Positions 1 to 13,019 of a stretch of 64,000 nucleotides of DNA are shown piece after piece. The notes under the pieces were generated by a model. The model worked only from the letters and a program-made list of their open reading frames with translations. It was not told the origin of the DNA and made no database searches. The DNA is from Eremomyces bilateralis CBS 781.70. Its lineage: Eukaryota. The position numbers and the translations under genes were made by a program. The DNA is taken from assembly GCA_010015585.1 (NCBI GenBank), contig ML975180.1. One strand, 5' to 3'. The first letter of the stretch is position 1, and each line of letters starts with the position of its first letter.

Positions 1-111
1 GTCCTAGTCACAGCGTGACTAATCAGAGTACTGAACTGCTGATTTCAATGATTCTCAATCAATCAATGTATTCCGAATGAGTAAACACTCATAGAGAAGA
101 TAGCAACAAAG

Positions 112-227
112 TGTAAGAGTCTCACTGTCGGGAATCTCCAATCGTGAGGCAAACATTGAATTGTTGCTATGAAGGAGGAATCTATCTAAGGTGTGCGAGG
201 CGTTTATCTGTTCTGGTGTTTACAGAG
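112..227 (+). repeat. LTR-like dispersed repeat, copy 1 (copy 2 at 4699-4810)
   Basis: Both copies start TGTAAG and share CTCACTGT...CTCCAATCGTGAGGCAA(A/G)CATTGAATTGTTGCTATGAAGGAGGAATCTATCTAA(G/A)GTGTGCGAGGCGTT; no TSD or internal retro ORF seen. Confidence 0.55.
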
Positions 228-283
228 CAAACGGGCCACAGGGCCACAAGGCATCCAGGTCTGCGGACCTCTGATCCATCACA

Positions 284-1157
284 GTGAATATGAATACGCC
301 TTATATTCATATTCGCGATATTCATGAATATTCATATTATTCATGAATATTTCACATAGATCTAGGCAAATAAAATTATAACATCTAAAGCCTCATTACT
401 ATAACATGTCAAGGAGTGCTTAGGACTGTTAATATAGCTCTAATAATCAAGGGGCTTTTCGTGTACTTCGGGAGAAGTCGATGCTAGATTAAGCCATGCT
501 ATGTAGGAAATCACGCTCGTTGCCACGATCCTAGACTTCATAGATGTTAAGTAAATCGATAGTGTTGTTTATTGAATAGGATTAAACGGCAGCATATGTA
601 GGATCGTTAACGCGATAGGCCTGTCATAAAAATCCAGGATTCGCGGCTTCAAGTAAACAAACCGCCATTCTCTATCACCAATAGTCGAGTACATGATTTG
701 ACGCGTCATTAACGTGTCAACTCATGTAACTTATTCCCAGTGCAAATTTGATAGTTATTCAATAGGTTTTGGAGGATTTAGACAGCGTTGACGTTTGAGA
801 GGTTGTTTGCGCAGAAATTTGAATAAAAATGATATTGGGAATGAGAGGCAATCTTTCAATCGCTCTCTACCTGCAATTGAATAGGGCCCCGTACCTAGAC
901 ATACGGGATATATAGGATCCAAATTCATGGCTATTCGCAGCACGGCTCAAAGCAGCGCAAAAAACACCTGCCTATGTTCTGGCATAGGAACTGGACTGAA
1001 ATCTGTCTATTGACAAGCAAGACGATAGCACATAACTATAGGAAGAGGAAACGGGTCGGCCCGGAACAACAAATTCCCGGAGAGATATATGAATAAATAT
1101 GAATACGAATATGAATAAGGGCCATATTCGTATTCATTTATTCATTTCGGAGCTCTA
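284..1157. mobile_element. Non-autonomous TIR-element (MITE/hAT-like) relic
   Basis: Clusters of GAATAT/ATTCAT motifs at 284-355 and 1085-1150 form imperfect inverted ends; the right end reads TAGAGCTCCGAAATGAATA on the minus strand; AT-rich, no ORF. Confidence 0.45.
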
Positions 1158-1944
1158 ATTGTCACGGTTGTACTTTTCGTGCTTTGAGGCGTTGAAGGAT
1201 TGTTGCCGTATGGTCCGATAGGATCCCTTGCTTCTCATCTCTACAAGAATGATGGGCCAAGTGTCGCATTTATGCGGGAATGATGATTAAGCACGATTGC
1301 TGCTTAGGCTCAGTTACTGTAGAGTCATAACGCAAATTGGTATTAACGATTCCCATTGTCTAGGAAAAGATATCTAGCTAGTAGCCAGATGAAGTTATCA
1401 AGGGTCAGCGCCACGGGTTATGGCGTGCCAAGGCGCATGATAACCCAGCCTTTGCGCAACCAACCGCCGAGCCACCTGGTTGATATGCACTTATCTGAAA
1501 GTCTTCGTGGTGGCTGGGTTACTGGCGAAGAAATCGCGCAGCGTTAAGCCTTTTGCAGTAAAGCGTCCGTGGTAACTATCGCTCCATACGGTATAGCTGT
1601 GACTTGGTGGTGCTTAGCTCAGGCATTTTCCCCTCTCCCCTCCCCTCCCCTCCTCTCTCGATAGAACGAGCCTGTCTCGATAATAATATAGAGATAATTT
1701 ACTCGAGTTGTTCCTACTAAGTACTGCCATCAGACCGTGAAGAAATGCCTCCTAGTTCGCCGCTCTCTATACTCTAGAGCATACGATCGAGCTGAATAAC
1801 CGTTTAAATGCAGCGACACAACGAGCCCTTGCAACACCAGATGGCCGAGTAACGAGTACAAGGAGAATATATGAGCCACGACAGCAAGAGTTTATTGTGA
1901 GAAGCGCTTTCGTACGGGGAATCTAACGAAGGAGGAGGCTAATT

Positions 1945-4670
1945 TAGGGGTGTTCCCGATACGATATCGTCACGATCTTGCCATATCGGTTATTGTATCG
2001 GTGAGGAAGGATCCCGCCGATTTATATCGGCCAATCGTATCCGCAGAGACACGGCGAATGCGAATAAATATCGGCAAGATCGTCGCCGATACGATTATCG
2101 TCTCCGATATTGGCGCTAAATCATGAGTTCGTCCTAATTTGGTATTCTCTCCTGTATATCTTCTCGCAGCGACGGTAATAATGTCTATTACGCGCAATAT
2201 TATAGATTCTACATATATTTTACATTGAATGATAACTTTCTAGACTTTTTTTGGCAGCATAACCATCATGGCTTTGAATGAGAATAGAGCAATGGTTACC
2301 CGCCATAACCAACAGAATTACCTCTTACTTAATGATGGATACGATGAAACTTTACCAGAAGATCAAATAACGGAATCCAATTTTGAATCTTTTGTCAATC
2401 TATCATCAACTGAAGTCCTGCCCTCAGAGTCAGTTTCACAGGCCCTGACTCATTCCGCACCAATAGTATCATCCTCGATCCTGCCCCGGAAACGCCCAGC
2501 GCCTACTACAGCGTGGATGTGGGATTATTTCCAAACGACTGAAGTAGCTCGCGAATGGGTTATAAAGCGGTCAGGAAAGCGGCAAACTACAGATATAGAG
2601 ATTCGATGTGCTTTTATTAATGAGAAGACTGGCATCCAATGTCCTTGGACGACCTCAGATTCATTACGGCAGACATCTACTTCGAATATGCAGCAGCATC
2701 ACAAAAAGCACTCTATCTATTCCCCTCATTCTCAAGATGAACCCCTTCCAAAGAAGCAGGCAAGCGTTATTAGCCTTCTTACTCGGAAAGAGACCTTATC
2801 ACACCAACAACTTCTTGAGCGGAATATTCTTCAATGGGTTATCCATGATAAACAAGCTTTTACTACCATCGAATCGCCAGCTTTCCAGCAAATCTTTCGA
2901 GATATTCCAGGTATCTCACTCCCGTTCTCTTCACGGTCTACCCTACGACGGCGGCTTATGGAAAGCTTTAATATGCAGCGTCTTCAATTGAAGGAGGAGC
3001 TTTCCGTAACCTGCACAACTATTCCCTTGTCGCTTGACATATGGACGAGCAAAAACCACCTTCCCATTCTCGGTATAATCGGCCACTGGCTCACGGAGAC
3101 GTTCGAATATCAGGAACGGACCTTAGAATTCTGTGAACTCCGTGGAGTACACAGTGGAGAAAACCTTGCGACAGCTGTTAATGCTACTCTCGTGGAGTTG
3201 GATCTAACATCAAAGTTGATTACAATTACTGGAGACAATGCCCGTAACAATGAAGTTATGGCCTCAGAATTGTTCCATACCTTGAACGAAAAATGTGGCG
3301 CAGAGACGCTCCCAAACGGGCTTCTATTCCGCGGAGTGGACAGCTACATCCGCTGCCTGGCCCATATTTTGAACTTAATCGTTCAAGATATCCTTCGCGC
3401 CTTGAAATCAGGAAGCGTGGAAGAGGCATACACCATCTGTGATAGCTTATACGCTGGGGGATCTATATCGAGTCAGACAGCATTGTCTAAGCTCCGAATT
3501 CTCGCTCTCTGGATTGACCGGAGCCCACAGAGACGGCAGAAATGGAAAGAAGTCTGTCAATTCATGAATCTCTCGGAAAAATTCATTGAATATGATGTAG
3601 AGACTCGTTGGAACTCTACCTATCGAATGTTAGATGACGGGTTAAAAGCAAAGGCTCAGATNNNNNNNNNNNNNNNNNNNNNNNNNNNNNNNNNNNNNNN
3701 NNNNNNNNNNNNNNNNNNNNNNNNNNNNNNNNNNNNNNNNNNNNNNNNNNNNNNNNNNNNNNNNNNNNNNNNNNNNNNNNNNNNNNNNNNNNNNNNNNNN
3801 NNNNNNNNNNNNNNNNNNNNNNNNNNNNNNNNNNNNNNNNNNNNNNNNNNNNNNNNNNNNNNNNNNNNNNNNNNNNNNNNNNNNNNNNNNNNNNNNATCA
3901 GATACCTACTACACTGCTCTGATTCTAGATCCTCGGGTGAAAGGAGACCTAATCCTCAATGAATTAGAGGATAAAGAGGCTGGGAATCTAATATTAAGAG
4001 CTGTCCGTAACAGTCTTCATCAGAAATATCCACTTCGGAACTGCGAGTCGCCTAGAACGGTATTACAGCAGTCGGCATCAGAAATCAAGACGGTAGAATC
4101 CCGAATGCTCCAACGGCTACAGCCTCAAGCGGTGCCCCTTCTGTCCGATATTGATCGGTACTTTGATAGTCCTCGAGTTAGCAATATTGATACTACAGAT
4201 CCGAATTGGCTTTGTAACTGGTGGCGAGTACACAAGGATGAACTGCCTCAAATGGCAGCAGCAGCAAGAGAGTATCTACCAATTCCATCGTCAGAGGTGT
4301 CAGTGGAACGATTATTCAATGCGGCAAGAGATATATTAGGTATCCGGAGATATTCGATGAAGGGTGAAACAATGCGGATGTTGATGTTGATAAATGATCC
4401 CTATGCAAAGCCCTAGAATTCCAGCAGCTAAGTTATCCAAAAATCTTTATAGAAATCAGATTGAAGCTAACTAGTCCTAATGAAGTAGTTTACCGATTCA
4501 CCGATTTCGCCGATATTGACAAAATTTAACGGATAAAATATCGGTAGAATAGAAAGCTGCCGATATGAATCGGCGAATCGTATCCGCAAACCTGAAAGGT
4601 TGACGATATCGTATCCGTGCCGATATCGTATCCGCAAAATCGGGAAATCCGCCAATCGGGAACAGCCCTA
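1945..4670 (+). mobile_element. hAT (Ac/Restless-like) DNA transposon
   Basis: 16-bp TIR TAGGGGTGTTCCCGAT (1945) / ATCGGGAACAGCCCTA (ends 4670) with 1 mismatch; subterminal CCGAT/ATCGG repeats; encloses a transposase. Confidence 0.9.
2268..4416 (+). CDS. hAT transposase (interrupted by N gap 3662-3896)
   Basis: BED-like C..C/H..H region, LSLDIWTS, ITGDNA, RCLAHILNL, ETRWNST; C-terminal dimerisation motif WW...LPIPSSEVSVERLFN. Confidence 0.9.
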
Positions 4671-4698
4671 GCGTTTCCATACCACTAGTTATTCTCTC

Positions 4699-4810
4699 TG
4701 TAAGGGTCTCACTGTAGGGGAACTCCAATCGTGAGGCAAGCATTGAATTGTTGCTATGAAGGAGGAATCTATCTAAAGTGTGCGAGGCGTTATGTCCTGG
4801 TGCTGCAGAG
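4699..4810 (+). repeat. LTR-like dispersed repeat, copy 2
   Basis: Direct-orientation match to 112-227. Confidence 0.55.
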
Positions 4811-5873
4811 TTAACTCAGCAAGCTCAGACGGTATCTTCAGATGCTGCACGTGACTATAGTGTGGCAGTGCAGGCAAGGCATCTTATGCAGCAGTGGGAA
4901 CAGCAGTAAGGGTGGATAAGGTCACAAGACGGTCGTGGGCGTAGATTGAGATGGTCACGAGCAACAGACGAGTAATAGACGAGTTAAGGAATATAGATTG
5001 ATGATATTTGTGCCGTAGTACTTCGACTGATTCTTAGGGAAGGAAAAGGAGAATTGTCCAATAAAAAGGTTTGCACAGAGTAGCCCTCGAGTCTGTGGGG
5101 ACTCCCCAAACATCAGAAACAGTAAGCTCACGGCATCGATATGACGATATCCATAACCTGCACATTTGAGGTTTGGGCGACTTGGCAGACGCCCGAACAG
5201 ATCCAGGTTCTGGACGAAGATAAGGTCCCAACTAGTTTACGGAGGATAAGAGACTGATCGCATACTACGGGGATTCCAACGTGCGTGATCGCCGCTACAT
5301 GGATTTCTCCACAATGGCTCCAAATTTCGACGACAATTGGGTGAAACGGCGACCTCGATATATGTCGAAACTTGAACTTCTTCACAATGAGACAAAGAGA
5401 GCGGCCGCAGCCTGTGGTCCATGCAAGTGCCCAATTATGGGCTTGTGGAGAAAGATCACATATGAGCCTGGTTCCACACAGGAAAAGCAAGAATACATAG
5501 CAAGACCACATAATACCGCCGTACTGTAGCGATAAATAATGCGCTAAGAAGGGAAGATGGTAAAGGAAAATAACAGGCATTCCCGTCGACTGACATGTAG
5601 CCTCCTCCAGGAGGGAAGAAATTGATAGCTGTCCAGGTGCTGTCTATTTCGGTTTAGCGCGTCATGAGACATATTTAGTTAACCTCTTCCAGTTTAGCGT
5701 TATTCACGTGCCGTAGTTTCTCCGATCCATGTTCACTAACAAGTACCTTCTGTTTCACGAAATTTACTGTCTTCGATGACTTTGCAACATTTACCCATTA
5801 ACGCTCCTGCCATCTCCATGAGTTTTTCGCGTTCGCGACGTCCACGACGTCCACGGCGTCCACGGCGTCCGCC

Positions 5874-6903
5874 ATGTCTTCTCCATCCTCTCCGATATCC
5901 GATCGTCCCTTGAACTCCTCCAATCCCTCCAATCCGCCCCAAACGTCCACCATGGTGCCAAGAGATCGCTCAGAAGGACGAGATGTCCATGTCTATGATG
6001 CCAATGACTCTACCACCGTACTTGGTGGACTGGTTCTCACAAATGGTGTCACAAATAGCAACTTCTACTCGATGGTGGATATTCTTGTCTTGTTTACAAG
6101 CTGCTTCGAATTGCAACATGAAGAAACCAAAGTTGAGAGAAATGATGACCCGCTTCAGCCCGGGAAGTACTACATTATTGCTGCAGGTGAGTTTATGTCT
6201 AATAAATCTTGTTATAGCTAACCTAGGTGTCATGAGCAGGTCCTTTCTCGGTCAATAATGAGCCGTGGTTACTCCGAACCATATCTCATTCCACTGGAAC
6301 CCGTACCGATTCCTTCCGCAATGCCATCCGTTCGCGAGACCGTCGATGCGTCATATCCGGGCAAAAGGCTGTTGGTGCATATCGTAATAACTGGAGAGGC
6401 TTTGAGGCTGCTCATGTATTCCCCCTGGCCTATGAGGGCGATTGGACTCAGCACGGCTATGATCGCTGGATTACAATTCCACCTGAAAAAGGTGGAACCA
6501 TTAACTCTGTGCAAAATGGGATGTTGCTCAGGACCGACATACACCAGCTATTCGATAGCTATGACCTCTCTATTGACCCTGACGTACGTATGCCTTTCTT
6601 TAAAGAAATACCAGATAATAATTATTTTAGGATAACTACAAGATCGTGTTCTTCTCCGATGATGGGGCGGGTCTCGCGGGAAAGTGTCTTGATCAAGAGT
6701 TTCGTAATAATCCTCAACGACCCGTCGATCCGCTTCTGCGATGGCATTTCAGACAGGCGGTTCTAGCAAATATGAGGGGTGCTGGCGAGCCTCAGTTCGA
6801 GCATGATTTCCCGCCAGGGTCGGACATGGTTGGTGACATTCTTAATGGTCCAAAGGCAGCTGAAAGGATGGAGTTTGAGCTGTTCAATCGCCTAGCAGCC
6901 TAG
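5874..6903 (+). CDS. HNH endonuclease-domain protein (HNH_2-like), 3 exons (~5874-6187, 6240-6583, 6631-6903)
   Basis: Spliced product contains FRNAIRSRDRRCVISG...FEAAHVFPLA...INSVQNGMLLRTDIHQLFD...LLRWHFRQAV; introns GTGAGT..CAG and GTACGT..TAG restore the frame. Confidence 0.85.
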
Positions 6904-7056
6904 GTCGAAACTATATAACTTATCTTTAGACAAGGCAGGAAAATGTTACTTCTCCAGGTTCGCTAATAAGCTAGAAATCTTTTATGCCCATGTTACAGCT
7001 TCGGCATACCGCTTGAACAAACAACGCTGTGCCATGAACATTTATCATAATCAAAC

Positions 7057-7928
7057 CATGAGCTCAACCTGGGTAACCCGCTTAGCTGGATCGACCGAGT
7101 GTGCATTAATCAAGGCGACCTTCAGGAGCGCGCAAGCCAGGTTCAGCGAATGAAAGACGTCTACCAACAGGCATCCTTGGTCGTGGTTTGGCTTTGTTGA
7201 CATGGCTGTCTTCAACGACAAGTTGTCGTCTTTGTTTCCAACCTGTGTGGAACTTAGTGCCTCAGGTATCAAGATCCTTTGATGTTTGGATGACCACTTT
7301 AACAATGTGGTCAATCTCTATTGCCAAACCTTTCCTTTGTACGAACATTCCTCTACAACGACAAAGGAAAGGAATATGCTGCAAACGGATAGGCAGGAGG
7401 ATTATATAAGGAACGATCCTGTACTGTTATTTAGTTCTACACAACGCAACTATTCTCCAGATATTGGATTGTCATTCTAAGAACAACAGCTACAGCTGGT
7501 ATTGTTCTTCGTCTTATCTTTCTTCCTTTGAACTATATGGAGTTCCTTACCCACTGTGCCTGAGGTTGAGCCTTTGTAGATATTCCAATCGTGGAAGATT
7601 GAGCCTCTACAGACATTCCAATCTCAACAGGTTTGGTGACGAAGATCACTCAAGTGCTCACGCTTTTGATGCTTTTCGTGAGATGGTAGAGCACCTCAGC
7701 TGGGAAAGGCGCAAACCTAAATGGTTGATCAAATCAATAGTTGCGGATCCTAAGAGATGGAAAGCAATCAGCGACATACTCAACTGGCCGTGGTTCCGCC
7801 GTACTTGGACTATACAGGAGGTTTTGGCCGCTCGCGAAGTTTATGTTCTTTGTGGCAAGGATTCGATTACTATGACTTTGTTCCTGAGGATCATCTACCA
7901 TATGGATAGTGGATCCGTTGGTTCATAG
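7057..7928 (+). pseudogene. HET (heterokaryon incompatibility) domain pseudogene
   Basis: WIDRVCINQGDLQERASQVQRMKDVYQQASLVVVWL followed by a stop at ~7198; downstream WFRRTWTIQEV...VLCG; no intact ORF. Confidence 0.8.
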
Positions 7929-8476
7929 ACAACGATCACCGCAAATCCGGAACGGCGAACACATCATCAAATCAGTGAAAGGGAGCAAAGATACAGTGTA
8001 TGATTTTTAAGGACAACTCTCCCAACCCAAAATACAATCATCGCTACTATGTAGTCAATGGTGGGGGGTTGTGTCGCAAGATGCCCCTGTTGGTTTCTAC
8101 TGCCCTAACATTCCTTTCACTGCCCATTACCCCTAGGCTAAGCCTATTTCGGACTGTTTAGTCTCTTCCCATGTATTTAGTTATCTTCAACTGTTTGGCT
8201 AGCTAGATCTCCTTTTTGGAGAGAATGGGAATCGTCAATACCAACTTGCGTTAACTATGACTCTACAGCAACTGAGCCAAAGCAGCGAACGTGCTTAATC
8301 ATCACCCCCGCGAAATGCGACAGGTTGAAACTTTATTCCAAAGTGTTGCCAAGGTACTCCGTATTCGCTGGACAGTTTCACGTCACATTGGTGCGCCACT
8401 GCAACTGTCGAGTCCGAGTTATCTTTCGTTGGCAACGCCAAACATAGCTCTGATTCTATTATTCGATGTCGCCTAC

Positions 8477-8990
8477 TCGTCTTACGGCACGATCCGATTT
8501 CAAAGTATCTGCATTAATAATCGAGTAAATATTACTCATTAGCTGTCGCCATTTGTACTATCCACTGGTATAAAGACACTATCTGCAAAGACGGTGGGTG
8601 AGGAGGTTTCAGAAAGGTTCAGAGGACGAGTTTCATGATTATAACTTTTCCAAATCTGCAGCCGAGAGCAACTGTTACGGTTCAAATCAGAGGATTTGGT
8701 TGTGCTTGAACGTTATCCAATTGTTACCGAAAGAGGCGAGAAACAACTCTCAAGAAGTAAATACACGGGTGTCTATGGGCTCGCAAGCGGACAGAGTATA
8801 CGGAATTCTTAATTTCTATAGAAGGTGCTCACAATCTTCGAATATCAAAAAGTGCACGGTACTAAACGGTATCCGACGGTGCTCCGCTTCTGTTGACGTG
8901 TCGGTAGATAAAAGGTACAGGCGCCAACAGAACTATTTGCAATTTGCAAACAGCAAAGACGGTTCGGTTTAAACCACATTTGGCTAGACC
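8477..8990 (-). pseudogene. Relic of the C-terminus and 3' flank of a paralogous NACHT-WD40 NLR
   Basis: Minus strand GNNWITFKHNQIL*F...VALGCRFGKVIIMKL aligns with [15 protein letters not shown]...[15 protein letters not shown] of the NLR at 15427; non-coding 8477-8610 matches 15272-15405. Confidence 0.7.
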
Positions 8991-9407
8991 AACTCTTCCT
9001 CTAAATATATAAAATGTCTACATAGTAAGTCTCTGTCATCTGTGATTTGGAGGTTTCGGTAAATTTGGTCATTACGCGAATACTTAGTTATCAAACACCA
9101 GTCAAATGAACACTACACCAGCGAAGGGGACTTACAAGACACTATTGTGTCGGATAATAGCTTGTTTGACGTTTCTTGACTGCCTGGCAGGAACTCCCGT
9201 TGCTGGTATGTATTTGGTTTTTGGACTGTTGAACTAGATGATGCTCCTTTTTTGATCTCGGCGTTTTGTATTATGTACTATCTATCTCATAGTCACGAAC
9301 AAGAACCCATCGACCTTTGAGGCGGAGTATTATTATACGAAAACAGAGCATTCTCCCCCCCAAACCACACCGCACTGGTTTCAATGTCTTATGATACCTT
9401 ACAATGC

Positions 9408-11338
9408 CTACTCGGTTGTCCGCCGCCGGTGGTGACGAGGGCCAGAAAGCTCCAACAGCTTGCCGAAATCGGGAGTACCCAGCCCAGTCACCGGATCCCA
9501 TCCAGGCACTGCCGCCCAGGAAGCGTCTGGAACGTAGGGTGTTGGGAGGCCAGAATACGCGTCTTTTCCGGTGCAGCCCGTGCTTCCCCCGTGCACGATA
9601 TCCGTGAGCCCCTTATACCCGACGGAGTACAGCCACGGGTTGAGGAAGCCCAAGGGCCCCTTCCCAGCTTCCAGCCGGGCAGCGTTCAGGAGCCCCACGA
9701 TGCCCGCAATGGTCGGGGCAGACGCAGAGGTACCGCCAACGGCAATCTCGTCCCCATGATCGACGACGCGGAATCCCTTGCCCTGCGCCGCGATGTCGGG
9801 GAACCCACGACCTTCCGGGTTATACAGTCCGTCCCACTTGGATCCTAGCTGCTTGAGGAATTTGGAAACGTGTCCAGCTTGCCACTTCGGGCGCGGGAAG
9901 CGGTCGGAGAACCCGCCGGAGGAGAAGTAGACGGCCCGCTCGGGGTTCACTCCGATCGTGCCTCCGACGGAGGTAACATAGGGGCAAGCGGCGGGGAAGA
10001 TGGGCAAGAATCGAGTCGTGTTCTTACCGTCATTCGTCATGCAAGCGCTGGCTACGCCGGTGTCGCCCGAGGAGAAAAGTACGGAGACACCGCGTGCCCC
10101 GAGGCCGCCAATGAGGTCACAAACCTCCTTGGTGTACGTTTCCGGGAGGGACTGCTCGTCTTCGCCGTAGCTGGTTGACAACGTGTGGGGTAACTCATGA
10201 TCCGGCAGCTTAGTCAGGTAAGTGAAGAACTCTAGCCACGGCTCGTTCTGGTTGTCCTTCGGGTCCGGTTGGTCAAGATCTGGGACCAGAGGCCCACGTC
10301 CAGGGGTGGAATAGAAGACTTGAGGAATCGGATAGCTCAAGCTTGTGGTGTATTGGATGTCCAGACTGGCCTCGACAGAGTCTTCTGTTGAGTTCTGATC
10401 GTTGGAACCGCCTGAGGAATTTAGTATCAAAGCCAGAAATTGTGACACAAGTGGTACGTACCGTTCACAGATTGGAATTTGAAAGTGGCGTTTGCCGCAT
10501 CGGGACGGTACTTCTGGAGGAACTGGGTAAGATCTCCCTGCCTTGCATATTGGTCCAAAAAGCCATTGACACCGACGAACCCCGATCCACGAGCCTTCGG
10601 AGTAAAGCCTTTGATGTTATACAAGTCGATCAAACATTCCGGAGTGATGCTTGAGTTGCAAGAAGGGCTAACGGGTTTGCTGACAGCGCTGACGGCCCCG
10701 ATCCTTTGCCTGACATGCACTGTATTCCGTTGGGCCCGAATTTGTCCGAATCGTGTCGTGGGCTGGATCATAGAGATATGATCTCGGATGTCTTCTGGTA
10801 CCGAATACTCGTCGGTCCTGGTGATGTCGACAGGCTTCACGGTGCTTCGATAGATTTGGTAGTTGGTGTTGAGCATTTCCTCCACCTGGCTGACGGTGGC
10901 TACGAAGTTGATCCACTCGCCGTCGTCTTCGATATCCTTGGAAGATATACCAGATTCCCCCAGCCAAGATAGGACCGAGTCGCTCGCTTCCTGATCCGGC
11001 TGCCGCAGGGCCTTCAGCTCATCGCGCTTGAGATGCTGGCCATACCTCCGGTTATTTGGGGTTGCAATGTCAAGCAGGGTTTGGTGGTAGAGATCCTCGT
11101 TCGGCTGGGGGTCTTTGTGTCAGCTTAACTTTCTTCCATGGACAGGCGGCTGGCGGACCTTGGTAAGGGCAATACGGAAGAACATCCGCTTTGAAGGCTC
11201 GGGTTTCCCAACGACCTCCCATTCAGAAGGGACATGGACGGACTCAACAACAGCGAATTCCTTATGCGAGGTCCGCGACGCGAGGGCGCTGCCGGCCAAA
11301 ACGGCCGCGAAGCTCGAAAATAGAACAGAGATTCTCAT
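9408..11338 (-). CDS. Secreted tripeptidyl-peptidase / sedolisin (peptidase S53), 3 exons
   Basis: Signal peptide MRISVLFSSFAAVLAGSALA, pro-domain, EASLDIQY, SSGDTG, GRGFPDIAAQ, GGTSASAP, WDPVTGLGTP. Confidence 0.95.
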
Positions 11339-13019
11339 TTTAAGCTCCAAAGAGATGAAAACAAACCGTAAAGAGCGACAAGATACTCAAACGAATGTTC
11401 CAACCAGAGTATTAGCGAAAGTAGGTCGGTTGGACCTTATGGCGACGGAGGGGAGCAGCTTGCAAACGGACAGCATTGCGGGTATCACGATATAAGTAAC
11501 GATTGCCCCATTGTTAGGTTATGATGGTCCAATTGATCGGCAGAGTTGTTTACAGTAGAGGTTAGACAAGCCTGTTGTATCACGGTCAGATCAAGCACAG
11601 ATTCGCCGTGATGGAGATTGACGATGCTGGAAACAGGGATTGATTGTCTACATTCATGTTTCGCGTCGACCCGGCCGGTCTGTCATCCTTGAACGGCCAA
11701 TTTGAGGGAATGCAGCGAGCTATCTTCCAATCCATCGGATCAAACGGCGGGATCGTTGTCTCATGGCGGGTCCAAGTAGGATTTGACGATGGAGAAAGGA
11801 GGATCGTCAGGGCGGCGCGGGTTGCAATCCAGGGGGGTCATGGAATGCCTTGTGCAAGGGGCTGAGATTCAGCAAATCACACGTCCTGACGCGAATGCCC
11901 AACCACCAACCTCGTCCTTCGGCGCGAGTACCAACAATCCACATCTTCCGACGAATTCGCGTGTATGTACTACCCTGCGAAGGTACAAGGACAAGGCGTT
12001 GTGGTTTGCTCAACAGCCGATGATGCGTTATTAAGAGTCTATGCTCACCTGCCATTTCTGGCTGGTCTTCTCTCGTTATCAGATATCAGGATCCATAGCG
12101 GGCCACAAGCCCACAACCCTCCGATGGTCCATGTCTCCAGTTCATGGCGCAAGGCGCAAGCGGGATTAAGAAACCAAACAAGCTTCGTTTCCAAGGAAGC
12201 CTAAACAAGCTTATCAACCGACAAGCTGCATTGGCACCGCTAGATCCAAGGGCTAGGATAGGGGCCGTCAAGAATCCTCCTCGAAGACCACGGGTACGCC
12301 TTCAGCGACGTAGGATGCGGAAGGTGTTCAAGATACAGTATGCAGAGATTTGCCGATCCAAATCTCTACCCGAGTGGATGCTGAAGGGCTTCCCCAGAAA
12401 AAGAAGGTAGTATGGCTGATGAGTGATGACTGAAGTAATGGCAGATGGCAGATACCCATGCCCTCATCATCCGTCATGGAGTCTATACTCTTGAGGAAGT
12501 GGAAGAATCGTACGGAATAACGTTGTGTGCTACCGAAACTGCCTCCAAAAACGGAGGTTTCTGATGCCATTCTCTGCGGTCTTTCCGCCTAGGCGAAACG
12601 CCCTCGTTTCGTTACCGGCGGCGCCCAAAACTCCCTGCTACAGTGCCAAAGCCCTGCACGCGCTCAGGAGTGTGGTTCTACAGACCAAACTTGGGGGGAT
12701 CCGATTTTGGAATTCCGTCCCTCAGTTTTTCGTTTTTCGACCTTCGCAACTGCTATGCCTCTATGCTAATTTCGGAAGCATGATGGTGTCAAACGCTATG
12801 GCTCCGCTACAGAGCCTCCCTTTGCCTTCGCACATAATAACCAATGTCGAGGCCCGTCGCTCGATGGATCGTTTCGTCGTACCCGTTTCTGTTCTCTTCT
12901 TTGCCTGGGCGCTCGTTATTTCGCTGTTCCAGACCGATCTCTATTATCCAGCTGCCTTTGTTAAATTGCCCTTCGCTCTCTTACGGGACCGCTCTCTACA
13001 TCGATCTCCGAGACCATCG

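Noticed and set aside
5034..5580. Cluster of short ORFs
   Set aside because: No frame gives a recognisable domain
12144..12410. 88-aa basic ORF just outside the Starship
   Set aside because: No recognisable motif or supporting signal
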